Shown here in pieces: positions 10,984 to 25,151 of a stretch of DNA of 64,000 nt. The translations under genes were made by a program, and so were the position numbers. Source of the DNA: Octopus sinensis (lineage: Eukaryota). The notes beneath the pieces were generated by a model. The model was not told the origin of the DNA, made no database searches, and was given only the letters and a program-made list of their open reading frames with translations. The stretch spans positions 50,840,001 to 50,904,000 of the forward strand of contig NC_043003.1 in assembly GCF_006345805.1 (NCBI RefSeq). The letters run 5' to 3'. Position 1 is the first letter of the stretch, and the number at the start of each line of letters is the position of its first letter.

Positions 10984-12874
10984 TTGTTTTATTACCTACA
11001 TTTCAATAATGGAGAAACTGTCTCCTCCCTTACGGAAGAGTTCACATAATTAAAAAAACTGAAGAGAATATGCATGCATAAATACGCGTGTGTGTGTGTG
11101 TGTGTGGTGTGTGTGTGTGTGTGTGTGTGTGCGTGCGTGTGCGTCTGTGATTATGATATCGGTTCTAACGAAACAGTTTAACTCACAGATACACAAGAAG
11201 GTACAGTTTGGGTGTAGATAAACTTGTTAAATATAAATGTAGACATATTTAATATATTACAGGATGTGGTTTACGCTTCATCTTCTTCATTGAAAGAAGT
11301 TATAACTGTAACATACCATAGTGCAAATATAAGATTTAGTGCATAGCCTTCGACCGTTACTATTCACCCCTCTTTCAAGATATGATAGGAAACTTTGTCT
11401 ATTCACATTAAAATCTGGTTCTCTAAAAGAGAATATTTTGCGCATACTAATGTAAGCTTGCTTGTTCGGGTATGTTTCACATATATCCATTAGTATTTTT
11501 ATATAACAAAGTTAAATGGTGCCTTACATTTGTTTGAAAATGATAATTTTGTATGCTATGGATTATTCGAAACGACTGCCTCCTTTCCGATGTAGCGATT
11601 TCAGATTATTCCTCACCATTCACCTTACCTCCTTGAAATTAATTTCATCCTACACACTATGATTTCAGATGATGCTCATCAAATTCCTCCTCGAATACTC
11701 GTTGTCCACGAGGCAAATAAAAGAATTATTAATATTTTTATAGTTATTATCACCATTATGATAATTTTTTTTTAGTGTGGGGACACTTAGAAAAATAATT
11801 TAGAGGTTTCTCTCAAGGAAATTAACGTTCGCGACCCTTTATATATAAGTGCTTTCTGTGTATATCCTATGAGTTAGACACATGTGTGTATATTTTGATT
11901 GTTATTATTCTATTTGCATTTAAACTGTATAAGTTCCTTTTCTGAATAAAAAATGTTTCATTTGAATTTTAAAGTGTATTAATATATTTTGTTTTGTATA
12001 TTATAGATTCTGATTTCATTTGAAATGTATGAATATATTTGGCTTTTCATTTTATCTGAAATAGCAGTTTAAAATTATCAGAACGAAAACGAAGTTAATG
12101 CTTCCAAATGCACACAATATATATATTTGCACACTTAAAATACAAAATATATTTATGTGGAAAAAAAAAGTATTGCGGCTGCAATTCCTCTAAACCAAAT
12201 GATTTTCTCCTTAAAAAAACAAAACGGTTTTTATTTTAAACACTTGCCGACTCAGAATCTCTGATGCTCAAAGTGATTTTTAAAGGCTTCATAAAATGAT
12301 AGGAGATGTTTAAAAATCCATATCTTTTTATTTTTACGTTTTAAGATTAGCCTACAATCTTAATGATATAAAGTTTATCAGGATTTGTAAGCGTTAAAAT
12401 TTATTATTATAGGGAAATCAAACAGAGAGTATCGGGAACAGAGCAAGGGTAATTTGAATTCGACTTGAGGTTACCCCCGGGGTAATTTGAAATCGCCGTA
12501 ACTTGAAATTCAAAGTCTTTATACTACTACAACGTTTTCTTCGTATTCTGAGTTCTTTGTCTTGGCTCGATTTCTTAAGATCGTCCCATCTTTTGAACAA
12601 ATGACCTTCGCTTCGTCCATACATCTTTGTGTCATCGGCTGGGTCATAGAGGTGACAGTAGGTGACAAGAATATGCGTTTATTTTACTATCCTTACTAAC
12701 ATATTGGGGTGGTGACACTTGGGTGAGCGGATACATCGTGAAAAGTTAATGGCTCTTTTGCCTCATCAGCAGCAAGTTTGAATACATCTTACTGATGTTT
12801 ACACGCTGCAGAAATGGTATACGAGGAGCAAAAACAACCATTAAAGACATGTATATTGTTCTGCGACTTCTGAA

Positions 12875-13126
<252 letters not shown>

Positions 13127-13266
13127 TCAAATTTCTGCCGCAAGGGCGGCTTGGGAGAGGTGAGGATGAGTTGATCTCGGTGGAATTTGAACTGAGAACG
13201 CAGCGACGGGCGAAATACTGCTAAGCATTTCGTCCAGTGTGCTAATGATTCTGCCCGCTCCTCGCC

Positions 13267-13267
<1 letters not shown>
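13127..13267 (-). mobile_element. SINE family B, diverged copy
   Basis: ggaatttgaactgagaacg...gaaatactgctaagcatttcgtcc...gctaatgattctgcc on the plus strand is the head in reverse; the (ATT)n to its left is consistent with a tail. Confidence 0.75.
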
Positions 13268-13305
<38 letters not shown>

Positions 13306-13344
13306 TAATAATAATGTACATGTAACCGGTATTTTATTGTTTTT

Positions 13345-13555
13345 GTGGTGGTGGTGGTGGTGGTGGCGGCGGCGGCGGTGGTGGTGGCGGTGATTGTGGT
13401 GGTGTTGGTAGTGGTGTTGGTGGTGGTAGTGGTGGTGGTGGTGGTGGTGGTAGTGGTGGTGTTGGTGGTGGTGGTAGTGGTGGTGGGGGATGGTGGCAGT
13501 GCTGCTGCTGCAGCTGGTGATGGTGATGGTGGTAGTTGTGGTGCTGGTGGTGAGA
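13345..13555. repeat. Imperfect (GGT/GGC/GCT)n array
   Basis: Direct reading; source of the poly-V/T/P/H ORFs. Confidence 0.9.
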
Positions 13556-14733
13556 GTAGCACATGAGGTGATCTCACCCCACCCCCCAGCCACTAACTTT
13601 AAATGTAGATAAACAGTCTGCATCTGTGCAAAACAACACCGTAAAGAGTTCCTTACATAATTTACGACCAAATGTGCAGGCGTTAGTCTTAAAAGCTTAC
13701 CAGAGTTGTCACCACTATACATTTGGGAAATTAAGAACCCTTTGCAATTAATTATGTCATTTAAGCTCTAACGAAATGGTTCGGTTTCCTAGGTTGGTGC
13801 ACTGCCTGCTTCACAATAACTAATTTCATCACCTATTTGATGTTGATTTCTAAATCGTCATACACACTCGTCACTAGCTTCAAAATTCTTTATGTTCGTA
13901 TGCCTAGCTAGCTTGGCAGCTGTATTTTAAATTTGTATATCACGGGCGTTGAAATTGTAGGATCTTTCATGTATAAATCACGTCAAGACTACCTCCTCAA
14001 GATTTCTATGTTCTGTATTTCTATTGGACCGACGATTGGTTATTTAGAATTTGCATCGGCATAAAATTTTTCAAACAAAAAGGCAGTGTTGATTTCATGC
14101 TTAGCCTCGCGTATGTCCAAAGATGTTTGATTTTTGACATTGTACTCTCACTACCGAAGCACCAAAGCACCAGTCTCAAACTTATTTATAAATTCCTATT
14201 TTGGGTTCACAATTCTGTTTGCGTATATTATTACTCTTGATGTAAATATAATGTAAAATAAATTATGAAAGCTGCTTAATCACTGATATATCAACGAGAA
14301 TTGCAAGACGACACAAGCTGTATAGAGTGGCGAAACAGAGGTTTGTATCCCAAAAGGACAATGCTGCACACATCTCAAGTATATGGAGGCGCACCAACTA
14401 ATCTAGTAGAAACTCTAATGATACTACTATTAAAATAACAATAATTGATACTTTATTTTATAGACCACTGAAGAATGAAAGGCAAAGGTGACCTCGGCAG
14501 GATTTGAACTCGAAACGTTAGATTGATGCAATTAAATACCACGATGCATTTTGTCCGCTGCTCTGATGATTCTTCCAAATGATAAGGATGACGATGATAA
14601 CGACCACAACGACGACGATGATGATGATGATGATAATGATGATGATGATGATGATGATGATAAGAAGAAAGTATCAAAAACCAAAATGAAAAATAAAAGC
14701 ATGACTTGTGAAATGCCAGTATTATAATATTTC

Positions 14734-14786
<53 letters not shown>

Positions 14787-14791
14787 ATGTC

Positions 14792-14990
14792 AGGTGGTGA
14801 GCTAGCAGAATCCTTAGCATGCTGGACGAAATGCTTAGCGGTATTTTGCCTGTCACTACGTTCAGAGTGCAAATTCCGAAGTGGTCGACTTTGCCTTTCA
14901 TCCTTTCGGGGTCGATAAATTAAATGCCAGCGAAACATTGTGATCGATGTAATCGATTAGTCTCCTCTCATCAAATTTCAGGCCTCGTGT
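14792..14990 (+). mobile_element. SINE family B
   Basis: ggtggtgagctagcagaatccttagcatgctggacgaaatgcttagcggtatttt...gactttgcctttcatcctttcggggtcgataaa. Confidence 0.82.
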
Positions 14991-15209
14991 TAAACGGTTA
15001 AGAAAACCTCCCTCAGAAGTAATGAATTTTTGTTAGGAACACGTTCAATAATCGTATTTCAAATCAAGTACTAGATCATTATAATCGACTGACCCTTACC
15101 CCTAAATTTGAGTTTACACCTATGTAAGAAATTAATATTATATAAATACCGGTGTTGCATATGTTTACGACATATATTCCATAAGTAACGAAATACAAAA
15201 CTTTGAAGT

Positions 15210-16490
15210 GTATCTGTTATGAAATGCTTATTTTCTGATAAACAGTTAACACACATCTGTGAAACAGCTGTCCGTCGCATATATTAAATACTCGTCCGTT
15301 ATAGCTACTAAACTAGTATCCATAGAATTAGTTAAGCATTTTCCCCAACCCGATTATTAAACTGTAACTATCATCTCTTTTAACCCTTTAACCTTTAAAC
15401 CAGTCATATCCAGCCCAAATATTCTACCTGTTTTAAGTTCAAAATGGCCTAGCTTGACCTCTCCCATTTATCCCACTATATCATTCTAGTATTAAACAAT
15501 GACGTTATCAAACTCTTGAAGGTATGAGTTAAACCATGATTAATTAAAAATAATGTGAATAAATAAGCAATCTGAGTGTCAAAATGTTAAACAGATTTTC
15601 ATCGTATGTCTTAAATGTTTACTTATCGCATCTGTTAAGCAGCATTCTATTTCAGTCATATATGTTTAACGGTTTTTGTTACATCTGTGAAACGACTATT
15701 TAGTGTATCTGTTTAACAATTTTCTATCACACCTGTTAAACTGCTAGATATAACATGTTTTAGACAGCTTTATATCATGTCTGTTAAGCCATTTTGCATC
15801 ACATTTTCAAAAACAGTTTTCATTCACATCTGCTAAATGTCTATTCAACACATGAAGTAGCTAAATCACACGCATGTTAATCTACTCTCATATTAAACAA
15901 CTATTCAATAAATCTGTAACATGCTTACCTAAAACAACTGTAAAACGGATATCCGAGTAATCAGTCGAATCGAAAATATTTGATAAAAACACAGAAGACA
16001 CTCGTTTAGTTGTATTAACAAATTTATTAATCAAAGGTTTGACATGTGCTCAACTGTTTTCATTTTTGTTACTGGTCAAACAATACTGAAACATGTATAG
16101 TCCTTTTCACAAATAATGAATACCTGTTAAACCAAGTATTATACATCTATCCAACACAGCAGTTGCTTTTTGGTTGTATTATTTATCTAACAGACCTGTA
16201 AAATACCTGTTCACGTGTTTGAGTGACTATCGATTACACTAAACATCAGCGCTTCTATTAATTACTAATTAAGACATCTGTTAAATCTCTCTTAACAGGA
16301 TTTTTAAACGCAGACTTAACACACCTGTTAAAGCAATACTTAACACATCTGTTAAATATCTACTGAACACACATGTTAATCAGGTTCACAATACAACCTT
16401 TAAAAGGACACTCAGCACATCTGCTGTTAAAAGACTACTTGACACATTTGTTAAAATAGAGCATCTCAACACATCTGTTAAGTATTTGCT
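15210..16490 (+). repeat. Degenerate array of ACA(T/C)CTGTTAA(ACAG) motifs
   Basis: CATCTG or CACCTG, mostly followed by TTAA/TGAA/CTAA, at 15254, 15629, 15682, 15730, 15827, 16275, 16322, 16346, 16418 and 16472. Variants tatctgtt/tacctgtt/catttgtt occur between them. Confidence 0.65.
15380..15590. mobile_element. piggyBac-type MITE (TTAA target site)
   Basis: Starts TTAA-CCCTTT, ends ...aaaatg-TTAA with a decayed right TIR; about 200 bp, no ORF. Confidence 0.6.
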
Positions 16491-17231
16491 TTAAACAGAC
16501 AACACAACCAATAATACATATATAACGTTTACAAGTATTATGTGTCTTTTCTCCATTTTAATTATTTACAGACCTAAGTTGAAAATGTTTAATTCATCAC
16601 AGTGAAATTAATTCAAACTTTAAAGCTATTTTTTTCTGTGGCGCAGTAATACCAGTTCGAACCACTTTAAATTCAATAATGTTTAAGTAGAGTAATTATA
16701 GTAGGTAACACATTCCCATAAATCACTGGGTCAATAAAACACCACTGATACCCCTTTTATGTGGTGCATTTAGAGTCAGTGAGCCTGGGGAACCATACCT
16801 CTCCAAGATATACCCATGGGAAGATTTGAATTCAGCGTTGATAATTATTTAATGAAATACGCGTCACTTATATAGTATTTTCGCTGTCTATATCAGTGAA
16901 CTTCACTCCCAGGTGGTATATATCAACAGCTGAGTGGACAGTGTCATAGAGTGTTAAGGCTGTTGGTCATTGATATAGCACGTTGCTGGTGACTGGATAT
17001 TTATGTTCGTTTCATTCGCAGCCCAACAGCATTCTAAAGCACCCCGTTGTGCTTCTCAACTTTCATTTGTCGTATTCCCATGTTATTTATATAATCGTGG
17101 CTCTTTGAGAATAACCAAATTTATTTGGTATAAACTGTACTTATACGATTTGTTTCTTTTGCTATAAAAAAAACCTAGGTATAGAGAAGACATGTTAGAA
17201 AAACACCACACGCGCACACACACACACCATA

Positions 17232-17362
<131 letters not shown>

Positions 17363-17988
17363 GATTATGGAGATGAAATACTCAATAAATGTTGTAGTAT
17401 TTATATATTCGTTAGAAGTTGGAGACTCTGCTTCCTCACTGAATATCTTGCCAATGTGTCCGCTCAGTATCTCTAGAATTATATAATTCAATGCGTACCT
17501 CTGCAGCTAAGAACGTACAAAAAATTCGTTTGCTATTTCTAGTAGATTGGAGGATCTGCAATGCTGTATCTTTATTTCTAATGTCATCTTTCTAGGAACA
17601 TTGTTTCTGTTAACATTCTATTTTTGCAATGAAATCGCGTTTATATTTATCAGTTAGAAGGATCTTCATATAAAAGACAGTAGGTTTTTTCTTGAAGGAG
17701 AAAAACCTACTGTCAAAATCTCCCTTCTTCAATTGTGGTGATGTCTCATGAAATCAGATCTCAGTTTGATACTCTGCTTTACATACACAGACATATCATT
17801 CACTCATTCACTGTCTCTTCCTCTCTTCCTCTCTACCTTCTTCTTCTTCTTCTCTTTCCATCTCCCTATCTATCTAAAAATCTATCACCCTCTTTTTATA
17901 TATTAATCTTTTTTATATATCACTTTTTAACCCACATACTGTCCTTATATACCCTTTTCGATTCATCAATCTATATATAATTTTCTTT

Positions 17989-18048
<60 letters not shown>

Positions 18049-18521
18049 TGGTATCCACCTATTGTGATGATTTTCAAACAAAGCCTTCTAAATAACAATC
18101 GCTAGCTGAAATCATTAAGCAAAGAGTGTGAAGTCTTGAGGGCTTGTATTTAGTACCAGCGAATTTTGATAACAAAAACGGTTCCATACCATCTTGCTAT
18201 CAAACCATTATATTAATATAATATAACATAATATAATATAATATATATATATACATATATTATATTTTTTATTTTATATTATATTATACTATATTATATT
18301 AATATAATGGTTTGATAACAAGATGGTATTATGTATATGTATTTGTGTGGGGTGGGGGGTCTATGGTTCATACATTGATCAAGAGTACATCCATGAACGT
18401 GCGGCAAATTCGGCCGGTCACAAATATAAACTAAGCAATTTTTTTAACATCCATACTTACTTTTATGCATCCTTTCTATATACTTGTTCTTCTTTAATTT
18501 CTCTGTTTATCTTTGTCTCTA

Positions 18522-18620
<99 letters not shown>

Positions 18621-18689
18621 TTATATATCACGTTCTCTCTCTCTTCTGTTCTCATATAATTCTCTCCTGCTCATCTATCGCATCTACTT

Positions 18690-18785
18690 TTACTCTGAAG
18701 GTGGTGTTAGACAGTATGGGTCTGGTTTTTCTGTGTTCACGTCCTGCTCTCCCTTTAACCAATATGTCTTCATAATACCTTTACC
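18690..18785 (-). CDS. Terminal coding exon of a class III nucleotidyl cyclase, most likely a guanylyl cyclase (receptor-type or atypical soluble)
   Basis: Strong acceptor (tttttttctccttcttaatcacttctcgatctacttgcag), then GGT AAA GGT ATT ATG AAG ACA TAT TGG TTA AAG GGA = GKGIMKTYWLKGEQDVNTEKPDPYCLTPPSE*. This matches the (K)GKGxxxTYWL end of the cyclase catalytic domain, and a phase-0 intron in K|GKG is also found in NPR-type genes. Confidence 0.85.
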   Translation of the reverse strand, partial: GKGIMKTYWLKGEQDVNTEKPDPYCLTPPSE

Positions 18786-21228
18786 CTGCAAGTAGATCGA
18801 GAAGTGATTAAGAAGGAGAAAAAAATAGCAGTTAATATCAGCAGTGAGAATTTCAAGAATTTTGTTTATTTATTTATTCATATATACATATATACATACA
18901 TATTTATATACTTACTCACTTCAGCCTTTAAGATCTAAAATTTCAGATTGAGAAAACAGATGTTTTCATAGACTGAAATCCGGGAGTATGAATCGAGTCG
19001 ACATTTTTTAAAGAACTAAAACGAAAATATGCGTATGCATGTTGTTTATCTGATATGTTTGTGCACGTATTTGCCTATATGAGTGAGTGAGTATGCGTAT
19101 GTGTGTGTGTGTTTGTGTGTGCGTGTGTGTGTGTATGTGTGCGTGTGTGTGCTTAGTGACTATACCATTAATTCTATATTTTGGTTTCACGCCCAATGGA
19201 TGTTAATTTGTGTGGACTCCGTGATACTTACCTTATATATACGTCCTTTATAGATAAATACATTTCCAAGTGAGTGTGCTATATATTGAGCACTTTAAGG
19301 TTCGATGCGCGCGCGTGTGTGTGTGTGTGTGTGTATGCATGAACAGATACCTGCATGTATACATATGTGCAGAAAGTAATTTATTCTAGCAATTTGATTA
19401 AATTATTTTATGGAAGAGGACGCAGTATTATTACTGTAGATGCAAACTTTATCACCGTTAATTTTCTACAAACTGGACAATACTTTCAGACCATACCACA
19501 AACTAGATAGGAATATAATACACATATAGTAGAAATGATATCAACGTCGTAGTATCTTTATCTGGAGGAACTTGGTCGACAACGTGAATAAATGGGTATA
19601 TCAATATCTTCCGATGAAGATACTTTTATAGAACAGCCACGTATTATAATGATGTGCTAAAAAATAGTGGATTCTCAGATAAGATTAGACACGTTAAAAA
19701 AACATTACAACACACAGTATAAGACAAGGAACAAGAAAAAAGATTTTATGTTACAACCCAGTATTTAATCTATCATTAAAAACAAATATAGCTAAGGAAT
19801 ACGTAATTTAATAGATTGCTATTTTCTGCCTAAGCACAAGTATATTTCGTTTTTGTATCTGTAAATAAATTAATGAGTGGAAATCGAACCGGTGAGTGTG
19901 TTAAGTAATAAGGCACTAAAAGAGAATGACTCTCCCCAGACACAATAACATAAGTATATTAATCTATGAAAAAACATCTCTACTATGATTAGTTATTCAT
20001 TTAATAAGAATTTCGGTTGATATATTAGAGGTTATAATGCAGCAAAGCTGAAATGAAAATAGAGGCAAAAAGGCAGCTAGGACAAATCATACAACTTTAG
20101 TATTCGTTCGAATTGCCCAATAGATGGTAACTGTTTGGCAAAGTCGATAATATGCATATATATATCTATATTGGTGCAGCTAAATTAACATCCAAAAGCT
20201 AATTTTATAAAATTATTTGTAAACACTGGTAAAATGCGCAACAGATTTGTCGGAATTTATTAGTTTCTTACGTCAGCCATGTCCTCAAGTAATCAAGTTT
20301 ATCTGTTCGTGCGTAGACAAGGCACAACCCTACAAGAAGGATATCTTTAAATCTAAAACACTGTATGACCTTTGCTAGAGTGAAAATAAAGAATTTTGTT
20401 TCAAGGAAGTAAACGTCTGAAAAATATTAAAATTGTTCGTAGTTAGTATGCAAGGAGCTAATAGCTTTTTGTGTAACAGCCATTTTGAATTTTGACCTGG
20501 ATCGGGTTGTAAAAAGAGCTTGGGTTGGTTACCTAGTGTTTTCAGTAAAATGTTTTCTTTTTAAATATCATTTAGATGTCAATGCAATTTCATGATGAGT
20601 GTTCTTAGAGTGACCTCCATTGTTTGGGATTTAAGACGCTTCAATTATTCCCCTGAGAGCCAGAAATGAACTGAAAAATGTGAGCTTGAAACAGCTGTTT
20701 CTATATGTAACGCCCGCGCAATTGTTTTTTAAGTGCTTTCTTGGTAACTTGCGAATTATATTTCAAAATATAGCTAAACAAGCTCCAATTACCATCAGAT
20801 CGAAAATGTGATTCCCAGTGCAAATTTCGACCCTGTCAGTAATAATGCATTAAAGAATACTATACACTTATGTCTTGAATCCTGCAAATTATCGCTTGTG
20901 TACCAGGAGTTCTACTCTAAATATCTAAAGTCGTTAAACAGACATCAAGTGACAACATTCAAGATCACCAGCGACTACAAATAGTACAGCTTCCAACTGA
21001 GAGATTTCAACGCCGATATCCAAAACCTTGAGTGTACAAAATCTCTATACAACAGAAGCACATAAAAATATATTTAAGCAGATACATATTTGAACACGAT
21101 TGAATGAAATATACTATTGAATGAGACAGATACATACATACATACATACATACATACATACATACATACATACATACATACATACGTACATACATACATA
21201 TATACACAGACACACATACGTATATATA

Positions 21229-21259
<31 letters not shown>

Positions 21260-21262
<3 letters not shown>

Positions 21263-21889
21263 GGTTTACATAAAGTATCTTTACAATTTAATATAATATT
21301 CTCATCCAAGATAGAGACCAGTACCAACATCCTGTGAGGCAAGCTTGATAATTCCTGAGAAGTCCCAGCATGAAGTCAATGGTGGTCATGTTAACCAATA
21401 AATAATACTTATCCACCAATACAATGTTGCGCACTCAATTTCACTGTTTCTTTATTCGTGTATCTATCTATCTATATCTATATATATGTATGTATACATA
21501 TAATTCATATATATATTTTTTTATATCTGTATCATACATACATATATGTATGTGTAATATATATATATATATATATATAATATATATATATACATGGTTT
21601 ACATAAAGTATCTTTACAATTTAATATAATATTCTCATCCAAGATAGAGACCAGTACCAACATCCTGTGAGGCAAGCTTGATAATTCCTGAGAAGTCCCA
21701 GCATGAAGTCAATGGTGGTCATGTTAACCAATAAATAATACTTATCCACCATACAATGTTGCGCACTCAATTTCACTGTTTCTTTATTCGTGTATCTATC
21801 TATCTATATCTATATATATGTATGTATACATATAATTCATATATATATTTTTTTATATCTGTATCATACATACATATATGTATGTGTAA

Positions 21890-21939
<50 letters not shown>

Positions 21940-21950
21940 ATATATATATA
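21260..21950 (+). repeat. Near-perfect 333-bp tandem duplication bounded by (TA)n tracts
   Basis: catggtttacataaagtatc... starts at both 21260 and 21593. The only differences I saw are a 1-nt indel (ccaccaatac/ccaccatac) and the length of the TA tracts. Confidence 0.95.
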
Positions 21951-21951
21951 C

Positions 21952-22975
21952 ATGATGAGGGCTTTGCATCAAGATATGAAAGCTACAGTTAATTTGGGTG
22001 GTAGGCTTGCTGAATCTTTTGCCGCGGAAAATGGAGTAAAGCAAGGAGACATTGATGTACCTACCCTCTTTGCAATATATTTTGCTGTTGTGTTGTCACA
22101 CGCTTTTCAAAAATCCGAGGAACGTATTTACATAAAATATTGAACAACAGGGAATGTTTTTAATCTGACCAGACTGAAATTCAAAACGAAGGTTTTTACT
22201 TCACTCATTAGGGAATTCTTATACGCTGACGACTGCGATCTTGTCTGTCATTCTGAAATATGTCTGCAATCTCTTGTATCTGCATTTGACTCAGCTTGTG
22301 ATGATTTTAGCTTGACCATCAACTTGAAAAACAAAAAACAGTTGTAATGTATCAACCTGCATGTGGTGCCGTTTGCAACCCCACTAAAAGTTTTATTAAG
22401 GGTAAGCTACTTGAAGTTGTTGATTCTTTCATCTATCTTGGACTCTCTGTACAAAGAGATGGAAATTTGGGAACAGAAATATATCTGCCAATTCAAAGGG
22501 CAGCACAGGCCTTTGGTGGCTTGGAGTAACGCGTTTGGCGTTTGGCGCCAACGGCATGCAAATAACAAAATAAAATTGGCTCTTTACAAATCATTTGTCT
22601 TACCATCCCTGTTGTATTCTTCTGAAACATGGGCATGTTATGAAAGACATTTCAAATTGTTAGAACAATGCCACCAAAAATGCCTTCATCGCATTTTAAA
22701 CATTAAATGGAATTCTTTTACTCCAAACGCAGATGCCCTTGCGTCTGCAGGAATCACTTCAATGAAAGCAATGATTTTGAGAAAACAAATGAGATGGTGT
22801 GACCATATTGTTCGAATGGCGGATGAACGCACACCCAAACAGCTGTTTTATGGTGAGCTTGCAGAGGGGAAACGCTATCGGTGTAAACCTAAAAAATGGT
22901 TTAAGGACAGCAAAAGAATACAAACCTACTCTCAACCGAAAGTCCGAATGGAATAACACCCAAATTCCATTCAGA
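21952..22975 (+). mobile_element. 5'-truncated RTE-clade LINE, reverse transcriptase relic
   Basis: GVKQGD..PTLFAIYF, REFLYADDCDL, SFIYLGLSV, PSLLYSSETW, FYGELAEGKR; interrupted by a stop and frameshifts. Confidence 0.92.
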
Positions 22976-23139
22976 AGGACTATTCTATAACCACCCCTCT
23001 CTCTCTCTACCTTTTACCTGTAGTACTTACATACGGGTAGCAACGCGTATGTGCAGTTATATACAACGGTATGAGCAGACGTTGTTTGATACGAACAGTT
23101 GCACCTAGGCGTTGTATCCATTCACGGTTAGACGATGAT

Positions 23140-23920
23140 GAGAGGAACAAACACACACCCACACACATATATATATGTGTGTGTGCGTCTATACAAACAT
23201 ATATGTAAATATGTATACAACCTTCAGCAAAGTAACAGTCATGTACACAACTTGGACGGACACATGCCAGTACACGGACATACGTTCACATACACATACA
23301 CATGTACACACTCTCACAGACACATCTGCCCATTCTCCTAGACACTCACATACATACGTAGCACATGAATACAAACATACATACATACCTACGTATGGGC
23401 ATACACACGTACATACGCACGTACATGTACGCACACACATACATGGGCACATGCACACGAGCGCGTATACATACATACGCACATGCGTACGTATGTACAT
23501 ACACACATACATACACACACACATACATACATACATACATACATACATACATACATACATACATACATACATACATACATACATACATACGCACATACAT
23601 ACATACATACGCATAATAGTAAAACATTAGTTCTGTGATATAGAGATAAAAATCTGATAATAGATTTTAGGGTATAGTTTTGGGAGTAAGCGTCATAAAT
23701 TCACTTTCTAGCTTCGGCCGTAGGAAGTTGAAATTTGATAGCTTTGTGATGAGTGGTCACTCTACATCAATCCATCGCTACAGGTTTATAGCTTTATGTT
23801 TTATAGAGTGTATGTGCGTGCATATACACACACATACATATATCCATACATACATACATGCATACACAGGCGTATGTGCGTACATGCATACGTACATACA
23901 TACACACATACATACGTACA
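23140..23920. repeat. Degenerate (CATA)n/(CA)n low-complexity region
   Basis: Direct reading; source of the HTYI/YVCM ORFs. Confidence 0.9.
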
Positions 23921-24091
23921 TATATATGACGAACTAACTGTTACTTTCTTAGATGCAGCACGGACTTTGTCAGTGAACAGGTCGCGGATTTTAGCGACGA
24001 AAATATTTTGACAAATTAAACTTAAATGTTGAAGTGAATCGAACGGCTTTTGTGTGTTTCTTAAATGGCTTATAAACACCTTCCACGCTGC

Positions 24092-24156
<65 letters not shown>

Positions 24157-25074
24157 TAGCATCGATTCCTCTTGGGTGAGACACTCAACAACTGGTTCAG
24201 GAGCATCCGGTGGTCCAGATGTATTTCGTAGGCTGATAAATAAATAAATACAACTCGTTAAAATGACTGTTCTGCAATATAACTTACCTTTATGTAGAGA
24301 CAAAACTATCCAAACGGAGGAAATATCTTCGTTTATATAGAAGATCAAAAATAAGATCACAGATGACAAAAAGAGAAACGAACACGCAATCCAGCGAGAA
24401 AAGTATTAAAAATAACCGTTAACAGATATGGATGTATAAATGCCCTCGGAAAAGATGCATGGCGCGAGTACACTCGCTCATACAAGCATCCACAAAAATG
24501 TGAGCATACGCACACGTGAGGTTTGGTGCACTCATGATCACAAAGCGAGTTAGTTATTTACTTGGTGTTTATAAGAATGGGAACAACAAGCCGTAAAGTT
24601 TGCATATGATGCAATATATATGGTTAGACGATGTGCAACAAGGAGTTCTGAATAATATGATGTTGTGTCTTAGGCCCAGTGATGCTTGCAGTACTGTTAA
24701 TCTAGGGGTAGGTGCTACATTGTCGACGAGCATATTTAAAAGAGCCTAACTGTGTGGGACCGGACGTTGTGGAGCTTTTTACTACGAGTTTTTCTCGGTT
24801 CTTGTCTTTTAAAAGGCGAGCAGAGGTAGCGTGGAAAAGACAGAGGCGGTTCTGAGCTTTAAATGCAGAATAAAATATGTAGGTATATATGTGGGTATAT
24901 ATGTGGAAGAATAGAATATGTGGGTATATGCCTGTGTAGGTGGGTGTGCATGTATGTATGTGTGTGCATGTATGTATGTGTGTGCATGTATGTGTGTATG
25001 TTTATGAAAAGGAGAAAGAGAGAGGAAGAGAGAGTATGTGTATATGTATATGTATATATGTGTGTGTATGTCTG

Positions 25075-25142
<68 letters not shown>

Positions 25143-25151
25143 TGATTGGGT

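Noticed and set aside
12745-12769. CTGATGA-GGC-aaaaga-GCC on the minus strand, hammerhead-like
   Set aside because: The GAAA half of the core and helices I and III are missing.
19232-19292. Possible penultimate cyclase exon (AAG|gtaagt donor, SAQYIAHSLGNVFIYKGRIYK)
   Set aside because: It has an in-frame stop just upstream, a weak acceptor, is too short, and lacks the IHxS and RGxxxK motifs.
23945-24087. 143-nt AG/GT-bounded open frame on the minus strand (AWKVFISHLRNTQKPF...RAASKK)
   Set aside because: The phases would fit the cyclase gene, but the peptide does not resemble it and the acceptor lies against (TA)n with no pyrimidine tract.
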